This document shows, in pieces, positions 1 to 9,021 of a stretch of 64,000 nt of DNA (the stretch's first letter is position 1; each line of letters opens with the position of its first letter). The position numbers and the translations under genes are program-made. The DNA is from an uncultured Candidatus Saccharibacteria bacterium (lineage in GTDB: Bacteria; Patescibacteriota; Doudnabacteria; UBA920). The notes beneath the pieces are model-generated. The model did no database searches and was not told where the DNA came from. It was given only the letters and a program-made list of their open reading frames with translations. Location: contig CAYYQK010000001.1 of NCBI GenBank assembly GCA_964473815.1, positions 881-64,880 of the forward strand. The letters run 5' to 3'.

Positions 1-1096
1 AATCCGGCGTGGAGAATGGCCTACGCTAGCTCCTTTTGGATATGTTAATAATTCAAAAACTAGGACTATTGAACCACATCCTTTTTTGGCAAAAGTCGTG
101 GTTAAGGCTTTCGAGCAATTTGCTACGGGAAATTATACTTACGAATCTTTAGCTTTGTATTTGCAGGAATTGGGAGTTGAAACAAAAAATCGCACACCTT
201 TGAGCAAACACTCTATTGGAAAGATGTTGATGAATAAAACTTATCTTGGGTTTACTAAGCATAAGGGGGAGTATTTTCAGGGGAATTTCCCAGCTATTAT
301 TTCGCCATTTTTATTTGAATCCGTACAAACAGTTTTAAAAAGAAAAACTAAGAAAAGAAAAAACAAACCACAAAATAACTTTCCTCTTACTGGTTTATTA
401 AATTGCGGTGAGTGCGGTTGTGCAATTACAGCTTGTTGGATAACTGGAAAATCCGGTGGTATCTACCGTTATTATCGTTGCACAAAAAAGAAAGGAAAAT
501 GTTCACAAGGAACATTGCAAGAAAAGTATTTAGTGGAACAGATCAAAGATAAATTATCTACAATTCTTATCCCAGATTACTGGACGGATAAAATGTTCGA
601 ACAAGTTGAAGTCTGGGAAAAAGAAGATGTTGAATCTACAAAGGTATATAAAACAAATTTGAAAACAAGAATGGAGGAGAATGAAAATACTCTAAATAAA
701 TTAGTTAGTGCATATCTTGATGGTGATATCCCCAAAGAAAATTATCTTCTCAAAAAAGAAGAATTATTAACTCGGAAACAGATTTTGAGTCAAAATCTTA
801 AAGATTCCCGAGGAGGAGGACAAAGTTGGATTAAACCCCTCAAGGAGTGGATTTCAGTAACAAAAAATGCCACTTTCGTGGCATCTTCTGGAAATTTAAG
901 TGAACTTAGAGAAATTGTTTTTCAAGTTGGATTAAACCCCCAACTTGTGGATAAGACTGTACAATTTCGTTTCCGCCCGCCCTGGAGTTCAATCCTAGAA
1001 ACATTGGGTGAAACTGCAATTCTCAATATTCAAAATGATAAAAAAGAATCTTCTGAAATTAAAAAAATTAAAGAAAGTTCCTTCTGGTGGAGATGA
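1..1096. mobile_element. Right end of an integrative element/island inserted at the tmRNA 3' end
   Basis: Integrase overlaps the tmRNA CCA end; AT-rich. The other att site would lie outside the window. Confidence 0.7.
2..1096 (+). CDS. Large serine recombinase/integrase, C-terminal part (5'-truncated by window edge)
   Basis: Frame is open from nt 2 (IRRGEWPTLAPFGY, typical of recombinase-domain start). Zinc ribbon LTGLLNCGECG...YYRC...C followed by a coiled coil. Lower GC than flanking genes. Confidence 0.9.
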   Translation: MRRGEWPTLAPFGYVNNSKTRTIEPHPFLAKVVVKAFEQFATGNYTYESLALYLQELGVETKNRTPLSKHSIGKMLMNKTYLGFTKHKGEYFQGNFPAIISPFLFESVQTVLKRKTKKRKNKPQNNFPLTGLLNCGECGCAITACWITGKSGGIYRYYRCTKKKGKCSQGTLQEKYLVEQIKDKLSTILIPDYWTDKMFEQVEVWEKEDVESTKVYKTNLKTRMEENENTLNKLVSAYLDGDIPKENYLLKKEELLTRKQILSQNLKDSRGGGQSWIKPLKEWISVTKNATFVASSGNLSELREIVFQVGLNPQLVDKTVQFRFRPPWSSILETLGETAILNIQNDKKESSEIKKIKESSFWWR

Positions 1097-1472
1097 TGGG
1101 AGTTAAACCCATGTCCAAAACCTTTCAATCACCACATTGTTCACAAGATTAGTCCGTTAAATTACCAACACGCTAACCAACGGACAACGAAGCGTATTGG
1201 GTGATATATTAAATTTCGGTTGCGCGATATATATCAGACCGTACAACTATATCTTCAAAATAAACCAGCAAATCTGATGTCGAAGCAACATCAGCACTGG
1301 GCATTTACGCTATATTAGGCAAATGCAGGCGCGAAGCTAGCATTAGAAAATGCAGCTACGACCTTGTTCCATGCGTTTTCACGTATGTTTGCCTTCAGGA
1401 TTTACGAGCTTGTAGGCTGGCTCGTCTTGCATATATCGTGATGTTAAAGTCCTGTCAAAATCCGGCATCCCC
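1085..1472 (-). ncRNA. ssrA: tmRNA
   Basis: 5' GGGGATGCCGGATTTTGACAGG; 3' GACATGGGTTTAACTCCCATCATCTCCACCA. Acceptor stem has G3.U70. Internal tag frame (A)ENAWNKVVAAFSNASFAPAFA* at about 1380-1315. smpB lies 2 kb away. Confidence 0.95.
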
Positions 1473-1584
1473 ATAGAATGCTCATTTGAGCACTCATAGT
1501 TTGCCACAAAAATGACTGTTTGTCAAGGTATTTGCTTCTATCGTCCGTCTTTCTTATACTTAACAAAAAAGGAGCGACTGATAT

Positions 1585-1986
1585 ATGCAAAAGCCGTACT
1601 GGATCATACTTGCTTACGCCGCCGCCGCTATCGGGATCCTATGGATTACCAAACGAATTCCCAATAACAAGACTCCAAACCTGAACTCTAAAATAGTTCT
1701 TCATCTCGTTGCGATTTTGTTGATCGGAACTGTTTGGTATAACCTTCGCGGACTCGACATCTCATTGTATGGTTTTGACCATTCCGCAGCTTTGTTGCTG
1801 GTCACCATTTTTTCTTATGGACTGCTGTTGCCACTCGTCTCCATTGTAAAAGTGCGTTGGGATGGACGATGGGCGAATGTCATTCATGACTCACCAACAG
1901 ATGCTGACGATTCCGATAGAGATGAAACCGAAAGCACTGACACGGACCCCACTTTGCGCAAGTTACGGAAATTACTTAGGGATTAG
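1585..1986 (+). CDS. Hypothetical membrane protein (3 TM, acidic tail)
   Basis: AGGAG SD, upstream TTGCTT-N17-TATACT, hydrophobic segments. Confidence 0.7.
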   Translation: MQKPYWIILAYAAAAIGILWITKRIPNNKTPNLNSKIVLHLVAILLIGTVWYNLRGLDISLYGFDHSAALLLVTIFSYGLLLPLVSIVKVRWDGRWANVIHDSPTDADDSDRDETESTDTDPTLRKLRKLLRD

Positions 1987-2001
1987 ACCTCTGGTTTGTT
2001 T

Positions 2002-2038
2002 AAAAAAGCCGCTCGATGTTTGAGCGGCTTAGTTTTTT
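2002..2038. terminator. Bidirectional intrinsic terminator
   Basis: AAGCCGCTC/GAGCGGCTT stem with A and T tracts, between convergent genes. Confidence 0.8.
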
Positions 2039-2040
2039 AT

Positions 2041-2490
2041 CTAGCGACGTTTTGACGCAGTTTTCTTCGGAGCAGATTTTTTTGCGCCTACTTTAGGCTT
2101 CGCCGCTTTTGCAACTTTAGTAACTTTTTTTGCAGCTTTTGGTACAACTTTTTTAACTACTGCAGAGGTAGCAGCAAGTTCTTTAGAAATTACATCCCAG
2201 TGGCCTTTTAGTTCAGCAGCTACTGCTGCTAGTTCTGGTGCGCTGACATTTTTCAAACCTTTGTAATTTTTTGCTGCTGCATCCACCACTTTGTTATAAG
2301 AATCTTTGGTAGCTTTAGTAGTTTTTTCTAATCCTGCTAAAACATCATTCTGCATATCGCCAACCCATTTGGCCACTTTTTTGCGGTTCTTAGAATTTTT
2401 ACCAGTTAACATGTAAACTCCGGCTGCAGCCGCTGCTAAGGCAGCAACACCAGCACCAACTGCTATCGCTTGCTTTTGTGATTTTTTCAT
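2041..2490 (-). CDS. YtxH-like membrane-anchored protein with Lys/Ala-rich tail
   Basis: N-terminal GAGVAALAAAAAGVY helix, amphipathic middle, KAAKK-type C-terminus. Confidence 0.7.
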   Translation of the reverse strand: MKKSQKQAIAVGAGVAALAAAAAGVYMLTGKNSKNRKKVAKWVGDMQNDVLAGLEKTTKATKDSYNKVVDAAAKNYKGLKNVSAPELAAVAAELKGHWDVISKELAATSAVVKKVVPKAAKKVTKVAKAAKPKVGAKKSAPKKTASKRR

Positions 2491-2504
2491 TGCTTTAAAA
2501 TTAA

Positions 2505-2783
2505 TTATTTTTTAGTTTTAGGTGAGATTTTGCGGCGGCGTAAACTGCTAATAAATGTTAGCACTGCCCCGAGGTTAAAGCCTCTCTTGCGAATATTTTC
2601 TCGTAAGTTCGCAAAATCTTCAGTAACAAATTCTGTGGCGCGCTGCGCAGTGCGAGCTACTTCTTTAACTGTTCGCACAAAAATAATCACATACACCAAA
2701 GCGACAGCCAGGAGCACAGAAATAATTATCACTGCAATGCCAGTGATAATAAAGAAAACATCAACTAAAGAAGAATCGTGCAT
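2505..2783 (-). CDS. Small single-TM protein (DUF948/YoxC-like)
   Basis: Long N-terminal TM followed by a short helix; adjacent to the YtxH-like gene. Confidence 0.65.
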   Translation of the reverse strand: MHDSSLVDVFFIITGIAVIIISVLLAVALVYVIIFVRTVKEVARTAQRATEFVTEDFANLRENIRKRGFNLGAVLTFISSLRRRKISPKTKK

Positions 2784-2850
2784 AAATGTAGTATATTTTT
2801 AGTATATCACACCGTTTCTGAAATTATTGTGTTGATATGCTGTGTAAATG

Positions 2851-3396
2851 TCACCGTGCATATTTGCTGATAATTTCTTTCAGAGTCTGCTCATACTGGG
2901 TGCGAATGGTGTCGTCGCGTCCAGCTTCAATAATTTCATCATTGTTGTCGGTAGCAGCTGCCGTCCAGTTGTAAGAACCCGAAACATAACCTTTGTCCGT
3001 GACCACGGCCTTTAGGTGCATAATGTAGTTGTGATCGTTCATTGCCACGGGAATGCCGGCACTACGGAGTTCATTTACTAAACTGCGTTGCGTTTCAATT
3101 TCCGCAGATTGCTTTTTGTCGACAATTCCTTCTACAGTTAAGCCGCGGTGCTTGGCTGCTAGAAGCGCATCTTTAATATCATCACGAGTAAAAGTGTAAA
3201 CGGCAAAATAAACAAACTTTTCCGCATCCTGTATGGTGTTGATGACCTGGTCGTTCGCACGGGTGTCGTGGTTATAATAAACTTTAACCTGTCGCTCGCT
3301 TGCCGGCTTGTAATGATAGGTATAGTAAAACTGACCGCTTATTGCGATGAGTAAAATAATGATAACTAAATAAACCTCATCTCGCTTGAATCTCAT
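2851..3396 (-). CDS. Membrane-anchored phospholipase D-family (Nuc-like) protein
   Basis: Single HxKxxxxD motif (HLKAVVTD) plus GSYNWT; N-terminal TM. ATG at 3396 is 6 nt after TACAAT. Confidence 0.85.
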   Translation of the reverse strand: MRFKRDEVYLVIIILLIAISGQFYYTYHYKPASERQVKVYYNHDTRANDQVINTIQDAEKFVYFAVYTFTRDDIKDALLAAKHRGLTVEGIVDKKQSAEIETQRSLVNELRSAGIPVAMNDHNYIMHLKAVVTDKGYVSGSYNWTAAATDNNDEIIEAGRDDTIRTQYEQTLKEIISKYAR

Positions 3397-3461
3397 GTCT
3401 TTATTGTACAACAAGATTCATCGGATGCGGTTAATTTTTTTGATAAAGTTTTCCTGAATTT

Positions 3462-3899
3462 TTAACGATCAGTAACCCCGCGAGTCTCGCGTTTATCGTC
3501 ACGCTGTTTGATATATTCGCGCTTGTCAGCTTTTTTACGACCAAAGCCAATACCAATTTTTATTTTTATCAAACCGCGGTTGGCAACGTACATTTCCATC
3601 GGCACAATAATAGAACCTTTTTCTTTTCCAACCAGGGCGTTAAGTTCCGATTGCTTCAAAAGTAATTTACGAGTTTGGGTGGGCTCGTAATTATCTTGTT
3701 TAGCATATTTGTATGGACCGATGTGCGCACCAATTAAAGTTGCACTTTTGCCAGACACTTTTACATAACTTCCTGCAAGTGACACATTACCTTCTTTCGC
3801 AGCCTTCACTTCGGGGCCTGACAATATCAAACCAGCATCAATTGTGTCCCTGATGTCATAATCGAATTTAGCTCGTTTGTTAATTGCTAGCGCTTTCAT
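3462..3899 (-). CDS. smpB: SsrA-binding protein SmpB
   Basis: NKRAKFDY, AGLILSGPEVK, RKLLL and GRKKADKR motifs. Confidence 0.97.
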   Translation of the reverse strand: MKALAINKRAKFDYDIRDTIDAGLILSGPEVKAAKEGNVSLAGSYVKVSGKSATLIGAHIGPYKYAKQDNYEPTQTRKLLLKQSELNALVGKEKGSIIVPMEMYVANRGLIKIKIGIGFGRKKADKREYIKQRDDKRETRGVTDR

Positions 3900-3923
3900 G
3901 ACTATATTTTAGCAAGATAAGAT

Positions 3924-3943
3924 AAAGCCGCCCAGAGGGCGGC
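3924..3943 (-). terminator. Intrinsic terminator closing tRNA-like transcript copy 1
   Basis: GCCGCCC-TCT-GGGCGGC followed by TTT on the minus strand. Confidence 0.75.
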
Positions 3944-4017
3944 GTTGAGGGTCCTGGAGACCTTAAGACAGGCTTGTCATGCATATCGTACCATGCACAC
4001 GAACCCTTTTGCAAGGG

Positions 4018-4091
4018 TGGTGGACCGGACGGGAATCGAAGCCGTGAAGACTGGGTGACAAGCCTGTCTCGCCCTACCAGGGACCCGGCCC
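4018..4091 (-). tRNA. Degenerate tRNA-like gene; GUC in an 8-nt loop; Ala-type acceptor stem
   Basis: GGGCCGG/CCGGTCC-ACCA acceptor; TTCGATT T-loop with a C.C mismatch at the closing pair; short CCCT/AGGG D hairpin; imperfect anticodon stem. Confidence 0.6.
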
Positions 4092-4101
4092 ACGTAAAAT
4101 T

Positions 4102-4146
4102 ATCATTACATAACCCTAATAAAGTCCTGATAAAGAAAAACCAAAA
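4102..4146 (-). promoter_or_regulatory. Conserved upstream element shared with 12558-12602
   Basis: 25-nt core matches copy 2 at 23/25, plus an identically spaced AAAAACCAAAA. Confidence 0.75.
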
Positions 4147-4205
4147 TAAATATAAAATCTTAAGGTTTTCTTTATCTTTTCCGAGATTTTGCTATAATTA
4201 AGCCA

Positions 4206-5957
4206 ATGAAAGCATATATTTCCGAACTGGTTGCACAGGCAATACGCAATATAAGTCCTGATGAAGCCGAAGCCGTGTTAGGCTCCGGTGTTTTTGATGT
4301 GTCTTATCCAAAGCCTGGCTTTGGTGATTACGCCACAAATGCGGCCATGGTTTTGTTCAAAAAATTCAATGTTGCTCCCGCCAAAAACCCAATGGAGTTT
4401 GCTTCTACTCTGGCCGAAGAAATTACCAAACTGGATCACAAAAATTCTTTTGCCAAAGTCGAAGCTGTGGGCGGATTCATCAATTTTAATTTGTCTGCAA
4501 AAGAGTTACTTTCGAATCTAGAACAAATCTTAAATCTGCAAGATAAATACGGCCGTAGCGATGCCGGCGCAGGCCGCACAATGATTGTAGAATATTTCCA
4601 AAATAATATTGCTAAACCACCGCATGTTGGACACTTGCGCAGCGCAGTTATCGGCGATGCTTTAGTAAGAATTTTAAATTTTGCTGGCTACAAAACTATT
4701 TCGGATACACACATTGGTGATTGGGGAGTGCAGTTTGGAATTTTGCTTTACGCCTACAAAGAATTTATTAAAAATGGTGGCGACAAGAACCAATTAGAGA
4801 AGGATCCTATAGTTGAACTGAATAAATTGTATGTAGACATGTCCGCGCAAATCGATGCTAAGCCAGAACTGCGTGATCTTGGTAAGGAAGAATTCAAAAA
4901 ACTCGAAACTGGTGATGCAGAAAATCGTGAACTGTGGGAATGGTTTGTAAAAGTTTCATTAGAGGATTTTGAAAAGTATCGTCAGATTTTGGGCATGCTA
5001 AACTTTGACCACAATTTAGGCGAAAGTTTTTACGAAGACAAAATGCCAGCAGTGTTGAGCATGTTCGAAGATAAAGGCTTGGTTAAGACTGGAGAAACTG
5101 GTGAAAAATATGTTGACCTAGAAGACTTTGGTTTAGGTCGCTGTATATTAGTTAAGAGTGATGGCGCCACAACTTATCATTTACGAGACTTTGCTACATA
5201 TATTTATCGTAATCAGGAATTCGACTTTTACCGCAACCTATATATAGTAGACGTGCGTCAGTCGCATCACTTTAGACAATTGTTTAAAGTTTTGGCAATG
5301 GCTGGTTTTTCAGCAGAAACTGATAGCGTTCATGTTGACTTAGGCTTTATGAGTCTGCCAGAAGGTGCGATCTCTACACGCAAAGGCAATACCATTTCAC
5401 TGGAAAACTTAATTGATGAAGCAGAAAAACGTGCCCTTGCTATTATCAATGAGAAGAATCCCGAGCTCACTAACAAAGAAGAAGTTGCCAAGCAGGTTGC
5501 GCGCGCTGCGATTAAATATTTTGACTTGTCTCACAATCGCGAAACAGAAATTGTTTTTACTTGGGAGAATGCTTTGAGTTTTGAAGGGAATACTGGCCCA
5601 TATTTACAGTACACTCATGCGCGCATCAACGGTATTGCAAAAAAGTTTGATGGTGAAATTAATACGAGTGTAAACTCGGAATCTAATTTAAATGTGGATG
5701 AACAAAATGTGCTGCGCAAACTCCAATTCTTTGCAGAAATAGTGGAAGTAATATCAGAAAACTATTTTCCGAATTTGCTCTGCAACTATTTATTTGAACT
5801 TGCTCAGATTTATAATTCGTTTTACGAAAATAATTCTGTCATAGCCGCTGAAACAGAAGATTCAAAAACTTTACGTATGCAAATTTCTAAAGCTACTGCC
5901 CAAGTTTTGAAAAATGGCCTCGCTCTATTGGGTATCGACGCGCCAGAGGAAATGTAG
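4206..5957 (+). CDS. argS: Arginyl-tRNA synthetase
   Basis: GDYATN, HVGHLRS (HIGH), GDWG, STRKGN and GPYLQYTHAR motifs. Confidence 0.97.
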   Translation: MKAYISELVAQAIRNISPDEAEAVLGSGVFDVSYPKPGFGDYATNAAMVLFKKFNVAPAKNPMEFASTLAEEITKLDHKNSFAKVEAVGGFINFNLSAKELLSNLEQILNLQDKYGRSDAGAGRTMIVEYFQNNIAKPPHVGHLRSAVIGDALVRILNFAGYKTISDTHIGDWGVQFGILLYAYKEFIKNGGDKNQLEKDPIVELNKLYVDMSAQIDAKPELRDLGKEEFKKLETGDAENRELWEWFVKVSLEDFEKYRQILGMLNFDHNLGESFYEDKMPAVLSMFEDKGLVKTGETGEKYVDLEDFGLGRCILVKSDGATTYHLRDFATYIYRNQEFDFYRNLYIVDVRQSHHFRQLFKVLAMAGFSAETDSVHVDLGFMSLPEGAISTRKGNTISLENLIDEAEKRALAIINEKNPELTNKEEVAKQVARAAIKYFDLSHNRETEIVFTWENALSFEGNTGPYLQYTHARINGIAKKFDGEINTSVNSESNLNVDEQNVLRKLQFFAEIVEVISENYFPNLLCNYLFELAQIYNSFYENNSVIAAETEDSKTLRMQISKATAQVLKNGLALLGIDAPEEM

Positions 5958-5997
5958 TACTATTAGTTAACTATCACACTTAAAATTTATTATTAAT

Positions 5998-8900
5998 ATG
6001 TCTGATATACATATGCAAGACAATCAAACACCGGCTGCTGATGCAGCAAAACCACAAAACACTGGCCCAAATTTCAATGAAATGGAATTGGGTGTTTTGG
6101 AATTTTGGAAGCAAAACCAAATTTTCGAAAAGTCCTTAGAGCAAACAAAAGACAAAGAGCCATTCGTGTTTTATGATGGCCCGCCGTTTGCAACCGGTAC
6201 GCCGCATTATGGCCACATCCTTGGCTCGACACTGAAAGATTTAGTGGGCCGTTATCAAACCATGCGTGGTCGTTATGTGCGCAGGGTTTGGGGATGGGAC
6301 TGTCATGGTTTGCCAATTGAAAATATTATAGAGGCCAAGCTGGGCATCTCCGGAAAGAAACAAATTGAAGAAGTTGGTGTTGCTAAGTTTAACGAAACTT
6401 GTCGCGAAAATGTACTCACTTACGTGAACGAATGGGGTAAGATGGTCGAGCGGATGGGACGCTGGGTAGATTTTGAAAATTCTTACAAAACAATGGACAC
6501 CACTTATCAGGAGAGTGTTTGGTGGGGTGTAAAACAAATTTGGGATAAAGGATTGATTTATCCAGACAACAAAGTTTTGATGTATTGCAGTCGCTGCGAA
6601 ACTCCAGTTTCGAATTTCGAGGTGGCGATGGACAATAGCTACAAAGACGTTACTGAAAATTCGGTATTTGTTAAATTTAAATTGCAGCCTCGCCAGAGAA
6701 TTGTAGATTTTCTAACTGATGAAAATACTTACGCGCTTGCCTGGACAACAACGCCTTGGACCTTACCTGGCAACACGGCTTTGAATATTGGCCCGGATAT
6801 CACTTATGTTTTGGTTGAGCAAGGTGGAAATCACTTTGTGTTGGCAAAAGATCGCATGGAGATTTTGGATCCAGAACAGGGTGAAGTAGAAGTGAAAATG
6901 GAAATTGCCGCACGTTCGCTCGAAGGGTTAAGCTATGAACCATTATACGAAGGGGTTATCGACAATCCGAACAACACTGCTTGGAAAATTTACATTGAAG
7001 ATTATGTAACCGTAGAAGACGGTACAGGCATCGTACACAACGCGGCGATGTACGGAGAAGTCGACTACGAAGCAGCCAAGCAACGAAATTTGCCACGGCA
7101 GCAAATGCTCAACATGCAAGGTGAGTTTATGGATAAAGTTCCAGTAAGCCTGCAAGGAAAGTTTTTCAAGGAAGCTGATCCAATTGTATTGCAGGAACTA
7201 AAAGAAAAAGGAAATGTATACAAAGTGCAGGCATTCACCCACAGTTATCCGCACTGTTGGCGCTGTGGCACCCCGCTATATTATTCTGCGCTGCCTGCGT
7301 GGTTCATCAATATTCAGAAGATAAAACCACAGCTCTTAGAAAACAATGAAAGCATTAATTGGTTCCCTGACCACTTAAAGCACGGCCGGTTCCAAAAGGG
7401 GATTGAAAGCGCGCCAGATTGGAATATTTCTCGCAATCGATACTGGGCAACGGCGTTGCCGTTTTGGAAGTGCTCATCAGGGGATTGTGGAAACGTGGTT
7501 TGTATCGAATCAATCGCAGATCTTAAAGAGAAATCTACAAATTTTGATGAAGTTTACCCTAACTTCGATCCATCTAATTTGAATGCGCTCGATTTGCATC
7601 GTCCTTATGTTGATCAGATTAAATTGAAGTGCGAAAAATGTGCAAACGAAATGTCGCGCGTGCCAGAAGTGATCGATTGTTGGGTGGAATCTGCAAGCAT
7701 GCCTTTTGCGGAATTACACGCGCCATTTGAAAACGAAGAATTATTTAAACAGCGCTACCCAGCTGATTTTGTAGCCGAGTATATTCCACAAACTCGCGCC
7801 TGGTTTTATGTCAGTCACATTGTCGGCTCTATTATAGAGGGTAAGGCACCGTTTAAGAATGTGGCCACAACCGGCACGATTTTGGCAGAAGATGGCAGCA
7901 AAATGTCTAAATCGAAAAATAATTTCCCTGATCCATACAAAGTTATTGAAAGTTTTGGCGTGGACGCAGTTCGTTACTATTTAATGTCTAGTCCTGTCAT
8001 AGGTGGAGAAGATTTAAATTTCTCTGAAAAAGGCGTGGGCGAAGTTAGCCGCAAGCTGTCGATAATTTTATGGAATGTACATAGCTTTTATAGAATGTAC
8101 AAAAAAGATTTGTTGAGCGATGAAGCCGCAAATGGCACTGCACCAACAGTTACTCATGTACTAGATCGATGGGTATTGTCCCGTTTAGCTGCAACACACG
8201 CCCAGGTGACAAAAGCACTCGACACTTACAATACCCCAGCAGCTGCCCGCGCAATCCAGGATTTCGTTACTGAACTTTCAACTTGGTATGTGCGCCGCAA
8301 TCGTGACCGTATTAAAGCCGGTGACGATAGCGCTCAAGAAGCATTAAATGTTTTAGGTTTTGCAATTTCCGAAACTACAAAAATGCTTGCACCATTTATG
8401 CCCTTCTTAGCAGAGCATTTTTACAAAGATTTAACCGGGAAAATTTCAGTGCACTTAGCAAGTTGGACCCCTGTTCGCAATAATGACGCAGAACTGGAAA
8501 CTGCAATGACTCAGCTGCAAACTATTGTAGAAGTCGCGCTACGCCTTCGCAAAGACAATAATCTAAAAGTGCGGCAACCATTGGCAGAACTACAATATAC
8601 TGCAGAAAATTTTGACCCAGGAATGGAACAAATTTTATCTGAAGAGCTAAACGTAAAAAAAGTCACTCATGTTAGCGAATTACTCGCGCGCTCTGGCTGG
8701 GTCAATGTAGAAAACAGTTTGGCATTAGATATAACTTTAACGCCTGAACTGCAAAAGGAAGGCCAAGCCCGCGAACTCGAGCGTCAGGTACAAGACCTGC
8801 GCAAAAAGAGCGGACTAAAAATAGGCGAATTAGTTGACCTCTATTACACAACTCAGGATGAACAACTGGCAGACATCGCCACTAACCTTTTGGACCGTAA

Positions 8901-9009
8901 AAAAACCTTTATAAATCAGGTTAAAACTAGCTTGGAAGTTGAAGCTGACTTTGAAACTCAAGCCACAATCGACGGGAAACCGATCTGGCTCGGATTGCTT
9001 AAAATTTGA
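5998..9009 (+). CDS. ileS: Isoleucyl-tRNA synthetase (type 2, eukaryote-like)
   Basis: FYDGPPFATGTPHYGH, GWDCHGLP, WTTTPWTLP, SRNRYW and KMSKS motifs; type-2 C-terminus. Confidence 0.96.
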   Translation: MSDIHMQDNQTPAADAAKPQNTGPNFNEMELGVLEFWKQNQIFEKSLEQTKDKEPFVFYDGPPFATGTPHYGHILGSTLKDLVGRYQTMRGRYVRRVWGWDCHGLPIENIIEAKLGISGKKQIEEVGVAKFNETCRENVLTYVNEWGKMVERMGRWVDFENSYKTMDTTYQESVWWGVKQIWDKGLIYPDNKVLMYCSRCETPVSNFEVAMDNSYKDVTENSVFVKFKLQPRQRIVDFLTDENTYALAWTTTPWTLPGNTALNIGPDITYVLVEQGGNHFVLAKDRMEILDPEQGEVEVKMEIAARSLEGLSYEPLYEGVIDNPNNTAWKIYIEDYVTVEDGTGIVHNAAMYGEVDYEAAKQRNLPRQQMLNMQGEFMDKVPVSLQGKFFKEADPIVLQELKEKGNVYKVQAFTHSYPHCWRCGTPLYYSALPAWFINIQKIKPQLLENNESINWFPDHLKHGRFQKGIESAPDWNISRNRYWATALPFWKCSSGDCGNVVCIESIADLKEKSTNFDEVYPNFDPSNLNALDLHRPYVDQIKLKCEKCANEMSRVPEVIDCWVESASMPFAELHAPFENEELFKQRYPADFVAEYIPQTRAWFYVSHIVGSIIEGKAPFKNVATTGTILAEDGSKMSKSKNNFPDPYKVIESFGVDAVRYYLMSSPVIGGEDLNFSEKGVGEVSRKLSIILWNVHSFYRMYKKDLLSDEAANGTAPTVTHVLDRWVLSRLAATHAQVTKALDTYNTPAAARAIQDFVTELSTWYVRRNRDRIKAGDDSAQEALNVLGFAISETTKMLAPFMPFLAEHFYKDLTGKISVHLASWTPVRNNDAELETAMTQLQTIVEVALRLRKDNNLKVRQPLAELQYTAENFDPGMEQILSEELNVKKVTHVSELLARSGWVNVENSLALDITLTPELQKEGQARELERQVQDLRKKSGLKIGELVDLYYTTQDEQLADIATNLLDRKKTFINQVKTSLEVEADFETQATIDGKPIWLGLLKI

Positions 9010-9021
9010 TATAATTAGCTT

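Larger units (their letters stand above)
3924..4091 (-). ncRNA. tRNA-like RNA plus antisense trailer, copy 1 (~170 nt)
   Basis: Trailer segments 3966-3979 and 3949-3957 are complementary to tRNA-body segments 4056-4069 and 4077-4086. Confidence 0.7.

Noticed and set aside
946-954. DnaA-box-like TGTGGATAA (also a near match at about 46043)
   Set aside because: Isolated single boxes, one inside a CDS; no cluster or dnaA gene, so not oriC.
2851-3396. PLD nuclease as part of an anti-phage system
   Set aside because: Membrane-anchored single-domain protein with no helicase or methylase partners nearby.
3974-4201. 75-aa plus-strand ORF
   Set aside because: Antisense to the tRNA-like RNA and its promoter; no protein features.
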